Below are positions 59,836-64,000 of a stretch of DNA of 64,000 bases, piece after piece (positions within the stretch are counted from its first letter, which is position 1; every line of letters begins with the position of its first letter). Location: positions 142,292,001 to 142,356,000 of the forward strand of contig NC_058368.1 of the NCBI RefSeq assembly GCF_018350175.1, given 5' to 3'. This stretch comes from Felis catus. Its lineage: Eukaryota. A model generated the notes under the pieces. The model searched no databases. It saw only the letters and a list, made by a program, of their open reading frames with translations, and was not told the DNA's origin. Both the position numbers and the translations under genes were made by a program.

Positions 59836-61369
59836 ACAAAACTGGAACAAACAGCTGACAATAGGTGAAAGCCTTTGGCAGATCCCTCCTATATAAAAGC
59901 AGTTTAAAGTTCACCAGTTATGAATAAGCAAATCCGTTCAATTTTGAGGGTATATTTTGAAAGGTGTAGTAATTGGGTGGGGAGGAGGGGAGAAGCCAAG
60001 CTACAACTTAATAACCTTGGAAGAATATATATACTCTCCTCCATCGGAACATACTTTACTCAGCTGGGGAGATCTAAAATTACTGAGCAAATTCTTTTGT
60101 ATTTCAAAGGGCCTATGATAAAGCCTGATTAATCTCCATCTTGTTCCCTAGGAAACTTCACCCAAGGAACATGGAACTTTGGTAGTCTCCACCCACAGGT
60201 ACTAAGTTACCACCCTGGAAATGGTGAGGGACCATGGCTGAGACTTCTGCAAGGATTCAGAGACTCTCTGGCATGGAGGCTCTATGGTCAAGCTCTAGGC
60301 AAGGGAGCCTAATTAGCTGCTTGTTCCTATAAAAGACCCGAGTGTTCATATTTAAATTGTGGCTCTGATTAAATATTAATTATGTATATCATTTTATTAT
60401 TGGGCTTAAGCCACATAAGTGTTTTTTAATATGATCAAGACAGAAAGCATAGAGTTTGCCTTTACACAGGGATGGAGTTGGTTTTAGGACATAAAAAATA
60501 CCTTAATTTGGCTATTTCAGATCCTTGTGGGAAGTAGGCAGTTTCAAAATAATTAAATAATACAGTCTTTATTTTAATATCAGATCCCTCTTCACCAGTC
60601 ACAAACATTCACTCCAACACTGCTCCTTAGTGCTTCTAGCTGTTCCTCCTTTCTAATAGCTCAGCTAAGGTTCTAGAAGTGCGTCAGCCCAGCTTAAAAT
60701 CCTGTGGCAGCTACTGGCCAATTTGTGAATAAGGACAGCAGGGAGGCTTTTCTTAACATAGAAGGGTGCCATGCTTATGAGTTTGTCCAAAGCCTCAGCT
60801 TGAATATTTATAAGCCCACAGGGCAGTCCATGTGGGAGGGTAAAAAAAGTGGGCCCTGGTATTTCTGCAAGCCCCGATGGGTGCCATCTGTGCTGAAACC
60901 ACAGGCTGCCACCCAGGGCAGCCAGCCTAGGCAAACACAAGAGGGCCTTAACCAGATTCTCAGAGGGGGGAAATGGCTACTATGTACGTTGCCATGGCTT
61001 TTGGGATCTCTCCTCCCAACACTCATCAGAGTGGTTACTCGCACAGTTAATGCCATGAAAATGCAAGACCTACATCTCATTGAGAGAAAGGAAACAGTGG
61101 GCCTTTGGGTAAGCAAAAAAAAAAAAAAAGTCCCATTTTTCTTCTCTCTGGTATTTACACACAGGCTCTCTACCAAAGGAATTCCAGAAAGTTTAATAAT
61201 TCAGGTGGCCCTCTCCAGTGACTGCCACGCTTAGTCCCTACCTTACAATGTCCTAACTCCACTGCTCTCAGGCCCAGTGCATCTTATGAGCAGCCTGGGC
61301 CCTAACAAGCATTCCTTAGCACTGAAACACCACTCTAACAGATTTTTTTTTTTGCTTGTTAATAAAAGA

Positions 61370-61960
61370 AACAGATCCATTGGGGTTCCCCATCTCAGAG
61401 TAAAATCCAGCGTTCTCTTTCTCTCTTTGGCCTTCAAGGCCCTGTCATCCAGCTCCCTATTACCTGTTCAAACTGACCCCTGCCTGCCTTTGTAACCCTG
61501 TGCTCTCTGCTCCAGGCTCAGCAGCCACAGGGCTTTTTCACGGACATCCAGCCATGCTCGGGCCTTTGCACTTGCTATTCCTCTTCCCAGCAGTGTCTTC
61601 CTTCCAGGTGGCTTTTAGGCTACAGATGCCACCGTGTTGGTGTGGCCTTCCATTCCAATCTATTTAAAATTCCAACCCTGTATCTCCCCACTGTCCTTGC
61701 TTTATTTCTCCTTAGCATTTATGATTACTAACATAGAATATATTACTTTGAATCATATGAAACTTTCAATATTTGACCATTTGTGACCTACAAAAATGGA
61801 CATAAAATGTAGTTCAACCTACTATTTTACTTTGTTTCCATCTCCATCCTAGACTTTAAACTCCACTAGGGCAGGGACTTTTGTATTATGTGGTTAAGCA
61901 CTATGAAGCCAGGACTCAGAATAGTGCTGGGAACATAGTTAAACCTGTAATAAAATATCT
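61370..61960 (+). mobile_element. L2 3' region
   Basis: catctcagagtaaaatcc...ggcctttgcacttgctattcctcttccc...aaactccactagggcagggac...agaatagtgctgggaacatag. Confidence 0.7.
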
Positions 61961-64000
61961 GTAAACCATGATGCATCCCGTGAAAACCATTTAAAAAAAA
62001 CTTGACACATACCAGTCAATAAGAATGAAATGTGCCAGCAGGAAAGGAAATGACGACTCTTGGGTTTTGGTTTATCCTGTCACACTGTCCTGTTGCAGGT
62101 CTGTGAATCCCAGTGTTTAGAAGCAAACTTAAGCCCTGACCTTCAAAATAGGCTTAATGATACCAGCTAATGAGACAGAATTAAAGTCTTAAACAGGCAC
62201 GTCAGACAACAGGCAGAAGAATATAGTAAGACCTACCAAGTCTGCTGCATATTGGGAATGGTTCTTCTGGTCCTCAATTTGGAGTATACCACCCAGGGGC
62301 ACTCAGCTTGGTTGTGGGTTATAGCTAGAGACCAAATGGCAGGTGAAGTGTGCTCTGGAGTGAGTTTAACATAAGAGCCATGCCAGAAAATGGTCTGATC
62401 TTCCTCTGCCGCTATTAAAAAAGTAGTTTCTGAAGTTAGGTCAGCCCGTAGTTGTCTCTGGGGTCTATCACCTTGCCCTAAAGCATTACTGTTTGGGGAG
62501 AGGGGTGATAGAGAAAGGGACTAGGCCAGTGGGCCTTTGCTTTTCTTCTGACTGGCATATCTCCCCATGTGCCTGGTTGAGCAGTGATTGGCCCAGCTGG
62601 GAGGAAGAAAAGCAGGGAGAATGATACTGCCCAGCGACCAAAGAAAACAGCTAGCACTGAAAGAGACAGGAAGTCACTCAGAGGGCTGATAACCTCTGCC
62701 ATGGCTCAACTTGTTAGAACAGTACCCGAGAAGGTACCATTTTCTACAACTTTAAAAGATATCCTCATCTCTGTACCCCATCTCGTCTCTTGCTAGCAGC
62801 CTCCCAGTTTGTTGCCCCAAGAGGATTAGAAGATGCCAGCATCTGCTCATCATGGGGTCACCTGGGGATGACTTAACTTTGGGGAAGAAAAAAAAAAAAA
62901 AGAAACTGGTGGTTAGTTACTTGGACTACCCAAGACGCCACCACAGGCCGGAGACAGAGCCCTGACAAGCCCAGTGAGGCCAACCACACGGTGTCAGTTC
63001 TCTCATGATGTATCACAAGAGCTATCACAATGCAATGCCCACCACGCCCCTCTGCTGTTTTAGTAATATCTACCCCTACCTGGATGGAGCTTTCAGATTC
63101 AACCCTGGATTCCCAGCCGTGTGATCTTGCTGTATAGGAGTTTTCAGTCTCTGTGGTCAACCTAAACATGTGGTTTGGATTTAACTCAAATAATTAAACT
63201 ACATGAGCTCTAAGAGGATAGGAGCTATGTCTTATTACAGCATTTTCAGTGCCTAAAATCTAGAAGGTTCTAAAAAAAAAAAAAACATGAATGAAATGCA
63301 CCAAGAAGAGTAAAGTCCTCACCCTCTTGCTTTGTGACCCACATTCATTGACTGTGATTTGACCAACCACAGAGTTGTATATCTTATGTAATTTTTGGAC
63401 TACTGCCCTGGAATCAAATAATGATAGCAAATGTACATTTTAAGGAAATCCTTTAGGTGGGAAGACAAACATCTCCATAATCCTGCCAAGCCCCCAAATT
63501 TAGCAAGACTAGGAGTTGCTGAATATAATAAATAATACTTGAGCTGAAGATGACTACCTCACGTTTTATGAGATGCCAGGAATGGGGGAGCCCAGTCTGA
63601 ACCATAGCTCTTTAGTCTGTGGAGGAAGTGAAGAAAGTCTCCATGCTGTTTCAGTCTCTCCTTGGCTGTTAGAGCATCGCCTCCTTCCCTCAAGATCAAC
63701 CACACAATTGTCACTCTTTCACCACCAGCTGGCCAAGGGTATGGACTCAAGGTTTCTTGTCTTTTGTGGGTCACCCACCATTTTTGTGGAAGAAAGCCAT
63801 TTTTCCTGGGCTGAAAACATCAGAACCAAAGGCTGGCTCCTTACAGAAAAACAAGTGGGTCTTTGGGCATCACATTCCTACCTCCTCTTCAGACAGGCTT
63901 CCAGACAAAACTGCCAAGACAGGCTAGACCTTAGTTTGCAAAGCAATTTTCTAAGGACAGGAAGAAAAGAAGGCCATCTGTTACTGCTACTGTCAACCTG

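Noticed and set aside
60704..61234. 176-aa plus-strand ORF in the LHFPL2 intron
   Set aside because: GTG start, no recognisable domain, runs through an A homopolymer and is antisense to LHFPL2. A chance ORF is likely, though I could not run a homology search.

Overview
Mammalian genomic DNA, almost certainly a felid (cat family), judged from its carnivore tRNA-derived SINEs of the SINEC_Fc type and a felid-type L1 3' end. The window holds the tail-to-tail 3' ends of two known genes. SCAMP1 (+ strand) contributes its last three coding exons (22793-22894, 26257-26374, 41391-41555) and a long, SINE-free 3' UTR. LHFPL2 (- strand) contributes its last coding exon (57292-57548) and 3' UTR. The rest is repeat-rich intron or spacer: about 29 CanSINEs, several L1 fragments, a near-complete degenerate Tigger2-family DNA transposon (7998-11806), a solo ERV LTR nested in a SINE (16937-17812), MER58, MLT2, MIR, L2 and microsatellites. 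Almost all ORFs in the supplied track are repeat-derived or spurious. I find no support for a wholly new biological system. The best leads are a candidate 80-nt poison exon in SCAMP1 (11989-12068), inverted SINEs tightly bracketing a weak-acceptor SCAMP1 exon, a template-switch repair scar inside the Tigger element (hairpin, tandem duplication and a copy from 1980 bp away), and a multi-layer nested insertion site containing a young-looking LTR. Repeat boundaries are approximate and subfamily names come from recalled consensus sequences, not from a database search.
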